Below are positions 38,989-47,399 of a stretch of DNA of 62,071 nt, one piece after another. The DNA is taken from the IMG/VR virus record IMGVR_UViG_3300037873_000013, positions 1-62,071 of that record. One strand, written 5' to 3'. The notes beneath the pieces are model-generated. The model saw only the letters and a list, made by a program, of their open reading frames with translations, had not been told where the DNA came from and made no database searches. The position numbers and the translations under genes are program-made. Position 1 is the stretch's first letter, and the number at the start of each line of letters is the position of its first letter. The DNA is from a virus (lineage: Duplodnaviria > Caudoviricetes).

Positions 38989-39477
38989 ATGGAATGGGAC
39001 CTGGGTGACGTCGTCGCCAGCTTCAACCTCAGGGTGAAGGGGCACCAGCGCTACGGCATCCGTCTGCGCAACAGCGTGCCCGAGCCCACCGAACCAGCCG
39101 AGCGCGTGCAGCGAGGAACTGTGCGGCCGGCACGTACGAGAGGAACCGTGATCATGGATCTTGGCGCCGACCAGAAGACGACCGCTTCCGTTCAGTGGAC
39201 CGATGAGGTGGGCAACGAGGTGCCGACCCCTGCTGGTGCGACCGCCGACTACGCCAGCTCGGACACCAGCATCGTGGCCGTGAACGATCTGGGCGATGGC
39301 ACGGCGGAGTTCGTGGCTGTCGGCACGCTCGGCAGCTCGGTCGCCTCGGTGCACGTGAGCGATGGCTTCGGCAACGAGCTGGACGGTGAGGAGACCATCA
39401 ACGTCGTGGCCGGCATGGCCGAGCGTGTGAAGCTCAACTTCAGCGCTCCTGTCGAGTCGACCCCTGACGACGTCTGA
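38989..39477 (+). CDS. Protein with C-terminal Ig-like (Big_2-like) domain
   Basis: YASSDTSIVAV...GTAEFVAVGTLGSSVASV beta-sandwich pattern; true start could be ATG 39154. Confidence 0.6.
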   Translation: MEWDLGDVVASFNLRVKGHQRYGIRLRNSVPEPTEPAERVQRGTVRPARTRGTVIMDLGADQKTTASVQWTDEVGNEVPTPAGATADYASSDTSIVAVNDLGDGTAEFVAVGTLGSSVASVHVSDGFGNELDGEETINVVAGMAERVKLNFSAPVESTPDDV

Positions 39478-39668
39478 TCTCAGCGAAGAGAGCGGGCTCA
39501 GAGTGCCCAGGGCTGGCCGGAAGCACAGCTCTGGGCACTTCCGCGTGCTGCAGCCTCTGGCCTTTGCTGTGGGGCTGGCTGTGGTGCTCTGGGGCCCTCC
39601 ACTGTGGAGCCTGCTCGTGGGAGGCGTGGCGCTCTTCCGCTTCGCTGCCTGCATGGACTGGAGGGTGG

Positions 39669-39713
39669 TTGACACGGCGGAGTCGAGTAGGTAACTTGAA
39701 CATATGACGAGCA
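39669..39713 (+). promoter_or_regulatory. TTGACA-N17-TAACTT promoter + operator (39683-39699) + leaderless ATGACGAGCA start
   Basis: ATG 39704, 6 nt after -10. Confidence 0.75.
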
Positions 39714-39874
39714 ACCGAACCGAACGCATGATGGGAGCCACCACACCCATCGTTGGTTGGCGGAAGATGGATGCCGGGAGCGTTCGTTTCAACACACCGA
39801 CCAAGGCTCAGAGGCGACGGATCGTGCGACGGATCGAAAAGCGCACTTGGACTGACGAAGAGACGAGCGAATGA
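39704..39874 (+). CDS. Small basic early protein (MTSNRT..., 56 aa)
   Basis: Manual translation; conserved start cassette. Confidence 0.7.
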   Translation: MTSNRTERMMGATTPIVGWRKMDAGSVRFNTPTKAQRRRIVRRIEKRTWTDEETSE

Positions 39875-40311
39875 CGACCTACGCAGACTTGCTCTACGAC
39901 ACGGCTGAGATGCTTCGAAAGCAAGCACAAGTTCAGAAGCAGCAGGGCAAGCACCACTTGGCCAGTGCCAACGAGCTTCAAGCTCAGAAGATCCGTGAAG
40001 CGCTTCGTACGCGCTCCACCTACCCGGCCATGAGCACGGAAGACGTTGAGCAGATCAAAGCGAGGTATGACCCATATCCTTCTGATGCGCAAAGAGGGAT
40101 GCTGCAAGACATTCGTGCTCTGGCTGATAGCCACGAGGCCATCCGACGAGAGAGGGACACGGCGGAGTCGATCGCTGAACGTTTAACGCTTGGCTATGAG
40201 CCTATTGATGGGGAAGAGCTGGGTTGGACATGGTTATTAAGTCAAGGTTTGGGGCATATTGACCGAATGACCAACGACCAGATCGACTGGTTCAAGAGGC
40301 ACAAGGCGTGA
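39871..40311 (+). CDS. Hypothetical protein
   Basis: ATGA coupling. Confidence 0.65.
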   Translation: MTTYADLLYDTAEMLRKQAQVQKQQGKHHLASANELQAQKIREALRTRSTYPAMSTEDVEQIKARYDPYPSDAQRGMLQDIRALADSHEAIRRERDTAESIAERLTLGYEPIDGEELGWTWLLSQGLGHIDRMTNDQIDWFKRHKA

Positions 40312-40874
40312 GTGTTATCTCTGTGCTGAGGCACAACGGTCGAGTGTTCATGGCTGCCGACTCGATGAGCACAGACCAAGCTGGCATGATCTGGGATGGC
40401 TCGGGCAAGATCTTCGAGAAGATCCTTGAGGATGGTACGAGGCTGATCTGTGGGTGTACCGGGAACATCTCGACCGGCGCTCTCTTCCAGTTCGACAAGC
40501 ACACCAAGGCTGGACCTGAGAAGACAGATGATCAGGAGTGGTACCAGGCTCTGGCTATGCACTTGACGGCGCTTTGTCATGAGTGTCGGGAGGTGCAGAG
40601 TGATGGGGATGTGCCGCTCTCGCTCTTTGTTGCCTGTGGTCCTGATATCTTCGAGATCGGACCCAACTATGCTCAGCCGATCGAGCACTATGCGGCTATC
40701 GGTAGTGGCGGACTGGTTGCCATGGGAGCGTTATGGAACGAGCTGGAGCGGTTCGGTGGCTACTACCGTCCGGCTGACGATGAGGTTGCTCAGACGATCG
40801 TAGATCGTGCTGTGCGTGCCGCGTGCCGATGGGAGCGCTCGTGTCGCGAGCCCGTGAACTTCTTGGCCACCTGA
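40308..40874 (+). CDS. Ntn-hydrolase / HslV-proteasome beta-like protein
   Basis: N-terminal strand ..VFMAADS, KIF, GCTG, AIGSGG, AVRAAC. Confidence 0.75.
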   Translation: MSVISVLRHNGRVFMAADSMSTDQAGMIWDGSGKIFEKILEDGTRLICGCTGNISTGALFQFDKHTKAGPEKTDDQEWYQALAMHLTALCHECREVQSDGDVPLSLFVACGPDIFEIGPNYAQPIEHYAAIGSGGLVAMGALWNELERFGGYYRPADDEVAQTIVDRAVRAACRWERSCREPVNFLAT

Positions 40875-40900
40875 AACGCTCGGCTGAAGCGGTTCGGGAT

Positions 40901-41023
40901 ATGTTCAGCGTCGAGCGGCAGATGTCGTTGGAGGCACAGGCTGGGCACCAGGAGTGGCTGGCCGAGACCGAGCCTGTACGAGAAGGCTTCATGGACGATA
41001 TACGCGGGAGAGATGACCGATGA
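40901..41023 (+). CDS. Small hypothetical protein
   Basis: Fills the gap, coupled to next ORF. Confidence 0.45.
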   Translation: MFSVERQMSLEAQAGHQEWLAETEPVREGFMDDIRGRDDR

Positions 41024-41259
41024 AGAGAACGTTCGTGATCTGCCGTACGTTCAACGATTTCCAGAACTGGCGACACAGCATCAACTATTCGATCCCAAAT
41101 CGAGAGTGTGTTGCTGTGCTCACTGGTGTTGCCGGGTTCAGTGATCGTCTTCGAGGTTATGTGATCACCGAAGAGCAGGTGGTCCGTTTCCAGGACTACC
41201 ACAAGGGCCCATTCTGGCATGACGTTGAAGATCATCTTGCATTTGCATTGCGTCAATGA
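41020..41259 (+). CDS. Hypothetical protein
   Basis: ATGA coupling. Confidence 0.6.
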   Translation: MKRTFVICRTFNDFQNWRHSINYSIPNRECVAVLTGVAGFSDRLRGYVITEEQVVRFQDYHKGPFWHDVEDHLAFALRQ

Positions 41260-41501
41260 CCGAGCGCCGATCAGGTGAGCACAAGAGGTTGCTCATGGGC
41301 TTCTTGCTGTGTCTGATCAGCCTGTTGCTCGTGGTAGCTGCACCCTGGGACAGTGTGTCCGGCTGGTGGCTGGCTCCATGGGGAGCGCTCGTACTCACAG
41401 GTACGGGGCTCCTGCTGTGGGACGACTGGCACCACTTGCCAGACAAGGGCTCCGGGTGCGATGATCAAGCAACTGACTCGAACGAGGGAGACAGCTCGTG
41501 A
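41256..41501 (+). CDS. Two-TM membrane protein
   Basis: Two hydrophobic helices. Confidence 0.6.
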   Translation: MTERRSGEHKRLLMGFLLCLISLLLVVAAPWDSVSGWWLAPWGALVLTGTGLLLWDDWHHLPDKGSGCDDQATDSNEGDSS

Positions 41502-41899
41502 GCAGGTTCGCAGACTGGATCGCCAAGCTGTGGCGGAAGCCGATCCCCTGGGAGATCCGGACCGACGATCGACGGGTGCGCCTAGGGCAGCTCAGGCAGC
41601 GTGTGCTGGCTGTCGGCGGGTTCCGGGCTTGGCAGTACGTTCCGCCTGTCGAGACGCCTGAGCGGCCCTTCCGCCCGTTGTGGGTGGACGTGCCGGCCAG
41701 CTCGGAACTGCACATCAATCCGATGTTCGAGGGCAAGCGACTCGGCCAGCTGGGCGAGGAGTTCCGCCGATCGCGGGTAGCTGATCGTGCGCTCACGCAG
41801 CTTACCGAGATGGTCGACCGGATCGAGGTCGCAGCTGACCGGATGTGGGCCCAGCTGCTCGAAGACGTCGGGGCTCCGTCGCAGGGCTGGGCGACTTGA
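41498..41899 (+). CDS. Hypothetical protein
   Basis: GTGA coupling. Confidence 0.6.
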   Translation: MSRFADWIAKLWRKPIPWEIRTDDRRVRLGQLRQRVLAVGGFRAWQYVPPVETPERPFRPLWVDVPASSELHINPMFEGKRLGQLGEEFRRSRVADRALTQLTEMVDRIEVAADRMWAQLLEDVGAPSQGWAT

Positions 41900-42007
41900 T
41901 CAAGACGTGGAAGGGCTGATCTCAGCTCCCACAGCGGGATGTGGCCAGGGCCTACGGGCCCTAGCCCTCCCGTTGTAGACTCCGGCCAGTCTGACCAGGG
42001 AGATCGC

Positions 42008-42478
42008 ATGGCCAACTTCGTAGCGAACGCAGCCAAGGGCCGGCTCATCGAGCTGTACCGCAACGTCGATGCCAACAGCCCCACCGGTTGCGCGTTCCTG
42101 ATCGTGGCCTTCACTGGTACGGCGCTGACCGAGGCCGGTGGTCAGGATCTCGACACTTTGGCCGATGTCGAGGGATCTGCTCTGGCTGAGGTGTTGATAG
42201 CTCACACCGGGTATGCCCGGAAGGTGCTCGTAGCTGCCGATCTGGCAGCCCAGGCTGTTGACGACACCAACAATCGGCAGGCGTTCACCCTGCCGGCCCA
42301 GAGCTGGACGCTCACGGCTTCGGGCACAGCCTGGTCTCAGGTGGGGCTCTTCTATCGTCCGAGCGCTGCACCTGCTGACTCGGCCATCGAGTTCTGTGGC
42401 ATGTGGGACTTTGCGACCACGGGTGGGATAGCGACCGAGACCATCACGTTTCCGGATCCTGTCTACACCGCAACGTGA
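42008..42478 (+). CDS. Virion structural protein (fibre base/decoration-like)
   Basis: MANFVANAAKG...TGYARK...DDTNNR pattern resembling actinophage structural genes upstream of terminase. Confidence 0.6.
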   Translation: MANFVANAAKGRLIELYRNVDANSPTGCAFLIVAFTGTALTEAGGQDLDTLADVEGSALAEVLIAHTGYARKVLVAADLAAQAVDDTNNRQAFTLPAQSWTLTASGTAWSQVGLFYRPSAAPADSAIEFCGMWDFATTGGIATETITFPDPVYTAT

Positions 42479-42496
42479 TGACATAGGAGCGCTCTC

Positions 42497-44761
42497 ATGA
42501 CCGCTCCCGTTGTAGCGTCAGAGGCTTCCAGCAGCGAGGACGCCAACACCACCACCCACACGGTGGACATGCCATCAGGCATCGTCTCTGGGAATCTCTT
42601 GGTATTGGCGTTCGCTCTTGACAGTCGTGCGAACGTTTCTGGTCAGATTGCCGATGACTGGGTTCAAATAGCGAATACTGCCCACTCCGGCGATCTCGCT
42701 AGCATCCGAGTATTCTCGAAGACTGCAACAGGATCCGAAGGCGCTTCACAGTCGATCACAACAGCAGCTAGTGAGTGCTCTGCGCATCATGTGTGGCGTA
42801 TCACCGGGTCGACCGGGACCCCTGAGGCAGCGATCTTTCAGGGCAACGTCGACACCAGTCTTGATCCTCCAGCATTGAACCCAACAGCTTGGGATGTCGA
42901 GGACACGCTGTGGCTCGCGCTGTCGTCGAGTGACGATGCAACATCCACCGTCACAGGGTTCCCTACGAGCTACACGGGCACGGGCCAGGTCAACGCTGCC
43001 GATTCGGCAGACGGCGTAACCCTAGGTTATGCAGTTAGAGCCAACGCTACAGCCAGTGAGGATCCGAGTCCGTTCACGATCTCGGCAGCTGAGGCGTTCT
43101 GCACTGTCACCGTCGGAATTCGACCGGTTCCTGACTATCCAACTCTTCAAGCAGAAGGCACTCAGCCGGCAAACGTCACCACAGGGAACCTGACGCTTAC
43201 CCTCCCCACACATCAGGCTGATGACATCCTTGTCGCCATCGTGGCGATCTGGGCGCCGAACACCGCCGGGTCGCTCGCCGCCATCCCGGCATTGACCGAT
43301 TGGACCAAGCAGGGTGCAGTCAACTTCCCGGGCACGCCTGATGGAGAGATAGCGTTCTTCTGGCGAAGAGCGACAGCCTCGGGAACCACTAACCCTACAT
43401 TCACGCGAGGGGCGAGCTGGGACACCGGCACAGACACCGCGTACGGGGGCCGGGCGTTCGTGATCCGTGGTTGCGTGACCACGGGGGATCCGTGGGACGA
43501 GTTCGACCCGACAGCGGCGCTCACCGGCGCCAACGGATCGGTCGACGCGGTCACGGTCTCCGCGGCGAAGCGGACCGTCATCCAGTTCCTGGGCAAGACC
43601 GACGACTTCGTCACCGGCCCGACGGTCTCGGGGTGGACACCTGGCGTCCAGACCGAGCAGACCGCTGGGACCGACACCAGCTTCGGGACGTTCCGCAAGG
43701 AGAACGTGTCGGCCTCGACGACCGCCGACGCCTCGACGGTGGAAGCCCCGGTGGCCGGGGCGTACGTGTTCTTCGGGGTCAGCTTCAAGCCTCCGGTTAC
43801 TGGGACACCACCTGTTGCAGCCCTTGCTGAGATCGATGCTCTTCTCTCCACCAGCAAGAGCAGCGACAGAGCAGCGGTGCTGCTGGCCGAGACGGATGTC
43901 CTGGTCACAGCCTCTCGAACGCACACCCTGGAAGCCACGGCGCTCGCTGAGCTGGATGTTCTTCAGCCTGTGGCGCGCACTGGCGCTCCCACGATCACAG
44001 CTCTCGCTGAAGTCGACGTGCTCTCGGCTGTCGCTCGATCGAGCGTGCAGACCGTGGCTGTGCTCACCGAGGCTGATGCGCTCACGGCAGCTCCGGCTGT
44101 GCATGCCCAGACTGTGACGTTGCTGGCCGATGCCGAGCAGTTGTTGAGCGTTACCAAGGCTTCGGATCGACCAGCCGGTCTGCTGACCGAGGTGGATGCT
44201 CTCCTGACCGTGGCTCGGTCGAGCAGCTACCAGCTCGGAAGCTGGGCAGAGGTTGACGCTCTGGTTGCTGGGCAGCGCTCGGGTAGTCAGTTGGCCGGAG
44301 TGCTGGCCGAGCTGGATGCGCTCGAAGCTCTGGCTGCTCCTGACGCTGTTGGGGCTCTGGCCGAGATTGATCAGCTTCTCGCTGTAGGGCACGAGACCAC
44401 GCGCCCGGTCACTTTGCTCAGCGAGATCGATGGGTTGCTCGTCGTCCAGCGCTCCACCACACAGGCTGTGAGCCTGCTGAGCGAGCTGGAACAGCTTCTG
44501 GCTCCCACACGGGCTACCGAGCAGTCAGCAGCGCTCCTGAGCGAGCTGAACGCACTCCTGGCGCCGATCGTGGTTGTGGTCGACGTGCAAGTGACCGTTG
44601 GCGAGTTGCGACGTCGACTGGTAGTGCTCGATCCCGCACGAAAGAAGCGCACGATAGGAGTGCTCGATCACAGGGCCCGGCCTGGAGAGCTGAGGGCACA
44701 CAGCATCCAGGGTGAGCTGACTCGACGCTACGATGTCGGCGAACTGGAGGATGAGCTGTGA
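42497..44761 (+). CDS. Fibre-like virion protein: two beta domains plus 13 x ~20-aa repeat stalk
   Basis: Two related Thr/Ala-rich domains; C-terminal L(A/S/T)ExDxL repeats at 20-aa period. Confidence 0.7.
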   Translation: MTAPVVASEASSSEDANTTTHTVDMPSGIVSGNLLVLAFALDSRANVSGQIADDWVQIANTAHSGDLASIRVFSKTATGSEGASQSITTAASECSAHHVWRITGSTGTPEAAIFQGNVDTSLDPPALNPTAWDVEDTLWLALSSSDDATSTVTGFPTSYTGTGQVNAADSADGVTLGYAVRANATASEDPSPFTISAAEAFCTVTVGIRPVPDYPTLQAEGTQPANVTTGNLTLTLPTHQADDILVAIVAIWAPNTAGSLAAIPALTDWTKQGAVNFPGTPDGEIAFFWRRATASGTTNPTFTRGASWDTGTDTAYGGRAFVIRGCVTTGDPWDEFDPTAALTGANGSVDAVTVSAAKRTVIQFLGKTDDFVTGPTVSGWTPGVQTEQTAGTDTSFGTFRKENVSASTTADASTVEAPVAGAYVFFGVSFKPPVTGTPPVAALAEIDALLSTSKSSDRAAVLLAETDVLVTASRTHTLEATALAELDVLQPVARTGAPTITALAEVDVLSAVARSSVQTVAVLTEADALTAAPAVHAQTVTLLADAEQLLSVTKASDRPAGLLTEVDALLTVARSSSYQLGSWAEVDALVAGQRSGSQLAGVLAELDALEALAAPDAVGALAEIDQLLAVGHETTRPVTLLSEIDGLLVVQRSTTQAVSLLSELEQLLAPTRATEQSAALLSELNALLAPIVVVVDVQVTVGELRRRLVVLDPARKKRTIGVLDHRARPGELRAHSIQGELTRRYDVGELEDEL

Positions 44762-45075
44762 GCGTGGTTCTCGAAGCGGAATCGATCGAGCGACTGATCC
44801 AGGACATCAAGGCTGATCTCGATCCGACTGTCAACGATCCTGAGTACGCGTTCACACAGGGCACCGAACGGCCGGACACGTGGACAGCAGGCGCCTGGGA
44901 CGGAGATGCCACCCAGTCAGGCAGCACCTGGAAGGCGCGAGCGATCACGCCGCTGCTCGGAGCCTCGGGAGCGGAGGTACAACTAGTGGCTGGGAGCTGG
45001 GTGCCCTGGCTGCGACTCACCATCTCCGATGAGGTGGTCGTGACCAAGTTGACGAAGCTGACCGTGAGGGGTTGA
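44758..45075 (+). CDS. Small beta-rich structural/adaptor protein
   Basis: GTGA coupling to the fibre gene. Confidence 0.6.
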   Translation: MSVVLEAESIERLIQDIKADLDPTVNDPEYAFTQGTERPDTWTAGAWDGDATQSGSTWKARAITPLLGASGAEVQLVAGSWVPWLRLTISDEVVVTKLTKLTVRG

Positions 45076-45102
45076 CAGGCGATGCTCAAGTTAGTAACTT
45101 GA
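45072..45102 (+). promoter_or_regulatory. TTGACA-N17-TAACTT promoter overlapped by operator TCAAGTTAGTAACTTGA, driving the ncRNA locus
   Basis: -35 45072, -10 45095, operator 45086-45102. Confidence 0.7.
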
Positions 45103-45188
45103 CCTGTGCCAACCAACTACGAGCAAGGAGGTGGCCAGCTCCGCCATGCAGACCATCTGTGACTTGACGTAGTAGGAAGGCGTGCTCC

Positions 45189-45246
45189 GTGTTGCTGGTA
45201 GCCGATTGTCCCCATCCGAAACCCCACGGTTGGCTACCAGCAGCAC
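45189..45246 (+). ncRNA. Long hairpin with C-rich loop in the ncRNA leader
   Basis: ~21-bp stem (with G-U pairs) and loop CCCCATCCGAAACCCC. Confidence 0.55.
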
Positions 45247-45252
45247 AAACAA

Positions 45253-45345
45253 GGGGATTGGTGTAAGTGGTGCACGCGGTGTCGTAGCTTCACTGCTCGT
45301 CAAGCTCTGCCGTAGAGCCCGGTTCAACTCCGGGCATCCCCACCA
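45253..45345 (+). tRNA. Atypical tRNA-like RNA with enlarged anticodon arm (no assignable standard anticodon)
   Basis: Acceptor GGGGAT/ATCCCC-A-CCA; D arm GTGT-AAGTGGT-GCAC; T arm GCCCGG-TTCAACT-CCGGGC; 26 nt where a 7-nt anticodon loop is expected. Confidence 0.75.
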
Positions 45346-45377
45346 ACAGAGATCTGTCGTCCCCAGCCGGCAGAAAG

Positions 45378-45417
45378 CGACTCCCCTGGTCATCTTCCTG
45401 CGGCCAGGGGAGTTGCG
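45378..45417 (+). terminator. Hairpin closing the ncRNA locus
   Basis: gcgactcccctggtc / ggccaggggagttgc. Confidence 0.6.
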
Positions 45418-45444
45418 CGTCACCGGTCAAGTAACCTGCTCGAT

Positions 45445-46983
45445 GTGAGCAGTCTCGTTACCGTGCCGAAGAACTGGAGAGAGCTGGATCTCGCTGCCAA
45501 GGCCCGGCTCAGGTGGCGGCTCAAGTCCAGGGCAAAGCAGCTCACTCCATCCGAGCACGCCCTGTGTGAGGACCCTGACCTGTGCGGGGAGATCATCAGG
45601 CAGAGTTTCAAGAAGTGGCCCATGCGTTTCCAGGCACCCGAGCGCGAGCACTTCCAGTTCATCAATGGACATGTGCCCTGGTTCGTTTGGTTGATCCTTG
45701 CTGGGCGTGGCTGGGGGAAGACTCGGACTGGTGCTGAAGATATAGCCAAATCGATGAACGAGAAATCGATTCGGGTGGCTCTCGTTGGGCCAACCTTTGC
45801 CGACGGTAGAGACACCATGGTAGAAGGTGAATCAGGGCTGCTCTCAGTTCTACCCAAGAGCTTGATCGAGAATTGGAACCGTTCCATTGGCGAACTGGTG
45901 TTGCGCAATGGCAGTAGAGCTAAGATCTTCTCAGCAGAAGAACCTCAGCGGTTGCGCGGGCCCCAGCACCATCGTGCTTGGTGTGATGAGATAGCCGCCT
46001 GGCGTTACCTGCAAACCACCTGGGACATGCTGATGTTCGGCTTGCGACTGGGGCGTGAGCCGAAGGTGATCATCACCACTACGCCCAAGCCCTATCGCTT
46101 CATCCGGCGTTTGGTGGCTCAGTCGACCGATCGTAGCCAGAAGGTGGTCCTGACAACTGGGAGCACCTTCGAGAACAAGCGCAATCTTCCCACCGTGGTC
46201 ATCAACAAGCTCACCGAGACGTACGAGGGCACGCGGCTGGGACGCCAGGAGCTTGACGCTGAGGTGCTCGAAGACCTGGCTGGTGGGATCATCAGGCTTG
46301 CCGATATCGAGGCCATGCGGCTCTCGGTGGGAGATGTCCGAGCAGCGTTTCCGACTGCTGACATCAAGGATCTGATGGATCGGATCGTGGTCGCAGTCGA
46401 CCCTGCTGTCACCTCGAACCCCACGAGCAACGAGACAGGCATCGTGGTGGCCGGACGTTCGATGGGCCCCTGTCCGATCTGCAGCCCTGTCGAGAACCCC
46501 CGTCGACGCTCACACGCGTTCGTGCTCGAAGACGCTACGGCTGCTCGACGGGTGACAGAGGCGGAGTGGAGCAGCAACGTGGTCTTGACCTACCGGCGTT
46601 GGTGGGCTGACAAGGTGGTCGGCGAGGTCAACAACGGTGGCGATCTGGTCGAGGCTGTGATCCGAGCTGTGGACGGCACGCTGCCCTACGAAGCTGTTCG
46701 AGCGTCGCGAGGCAAGGTGCAGCGGGCGGAGCCCATCGGAGCGCTCTACGAGCGTCACGAGGTCCACCACGTAGGGACGTTCCCAAAGCTGGAGGACCAA
46801 CTGTGCCGGCTGGGGATCGACCCTGAAGACGAAGAGGATCCGGACCCCGATGACGAAGACAGCAGCTCACCAGACCGGGCTGACGCCTGTGTGTGGGGTC
46901 TCACCGAGCTGATGATCCCCGATGCTCGGATCACGACTACGACCGGCCAGGCAGAGGATGAGCGGGGCTTGAGCGACCGGTAA
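45445..46983 (+). CDS. terL: Terminase large subunit
   Basis: AGRGWGKT, LRGPQ, WCDEIAAW, ITTTP, VAVDPA, SPDRADA. Confidence 0.95.
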   Translation: MSSLVTVPKNWRELDLAAKARLRWRLKSRAKQLTPSEHALCEDPDLCGEIIRQSFKKWPMRFQAPEREHFQFINGHVPWFVWLILAGRGWGKTRTGAEDIAKSMNEKSIRVALVGPTFADGRDTMVEGESGLLSVLPKSLIENWNRSIGELVLRNGSRAKIFSAEEPQRLRGPQHHRAWCDEIAAWRYLQTTWDMLMFGLRLGREPKVIITTTPKPYRFIRRLVAQSTDRSQKVVLTTGSTFENKRNLPTVVINKLTETYEGTRLGRQELDAEVLEDLAGGIIRLADIEAMRLSVGDVRAAFPTADIKDLMDRIVVAVDPAVTSNPTSNETGIVVAGRSMGPCPICSPVENPRRRSHAFVLEDATAARRVTEAEWSSNVVLTYRRWWADKVVGEVNNGGDLVEAVIRAVDGTLPYEAVRASRGKVQRAEPIGALYERHEVHHVGTFPKLEDQLCRLGIDPEDEEDPDPDDEDSSSPDRADACVWGLTELMIPDARITTTTGQAEDERGLSDR

Positions 46984-46990
46984 CGCGAAA

Positions 46991-47020
46991 GAGCCGGGCC
47001 CTAGCGGCGGGGCCCGACTC
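46991..47020. terminator. Hairpin between convergent genes
   Basis: gagccgggccc / gggcccgactc. Confidence 0.55.
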
Positions 47021-47039
47021 TCAGCGCGGCGGAGATTAA

Positions 47040-47282
47040 TCAGAGCTTGAACAGCTGCTCGACCTTACGGAGAGCGAAGGCTCGCCAGGCGTCAGTCTCT
47101 TCGACCGGACGACCAGCCTTGACCAGTTCATCGGCGAAGCCAAGCACGAGCTTGGTGAAGTGCGTAACGTTGGTGGCTTCGCCCACGATCCGATTCCAGA
47201 TGTGGTTGAAGCGATCGAACAGCTCATCAGTGAACTGATCGGCGAAGGGGTTGGTTCCGAAGTTCTGAGTGGTGCTCGTCAT
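47040..47282 (-). CDS. Small early protein (MTSTTQNF..., 80 aa)
   Basis: Minus-strand TTGACA(47318)-N18-CATACT-6 nt-ATGACGAGCA; operator 47315-47331. Confidence 0.75.
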   Translation of the reverse strand: MTSTTQNFGTNPFADQFTDELFDRFNHIWNRIVGEATNVTHFTKLVLGFADELVKAGRPVEETDAWRAFALRKVEQLFKL

Positions 47283-47399
47283 GCCCGTAGTATGCGCAGA
47301 CCTGGTGCCGTTTGTCAAGTAGCTAACTTGAAGAACCTCGGAGGGACCAGGCCAGCACGAACAGGCTGAGGGTTGCCAACACAGCGCAGGCGAGCCAGA

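Noticed and set aside
45253-45345. tmRNA or standard decoding tRNA
   Set aside because: Too short for tmRNA, with no tag ORF or G3-U70 pair and with a D stem; neither fold gives a canonical 7-nt anticodon loop with U33.
45346-45420. Theta/HDV-like ribozyme in the tRNA 3' trailer
   Set aside because: I could not build the nested double pseudoknot; only simple hairpins are visible.
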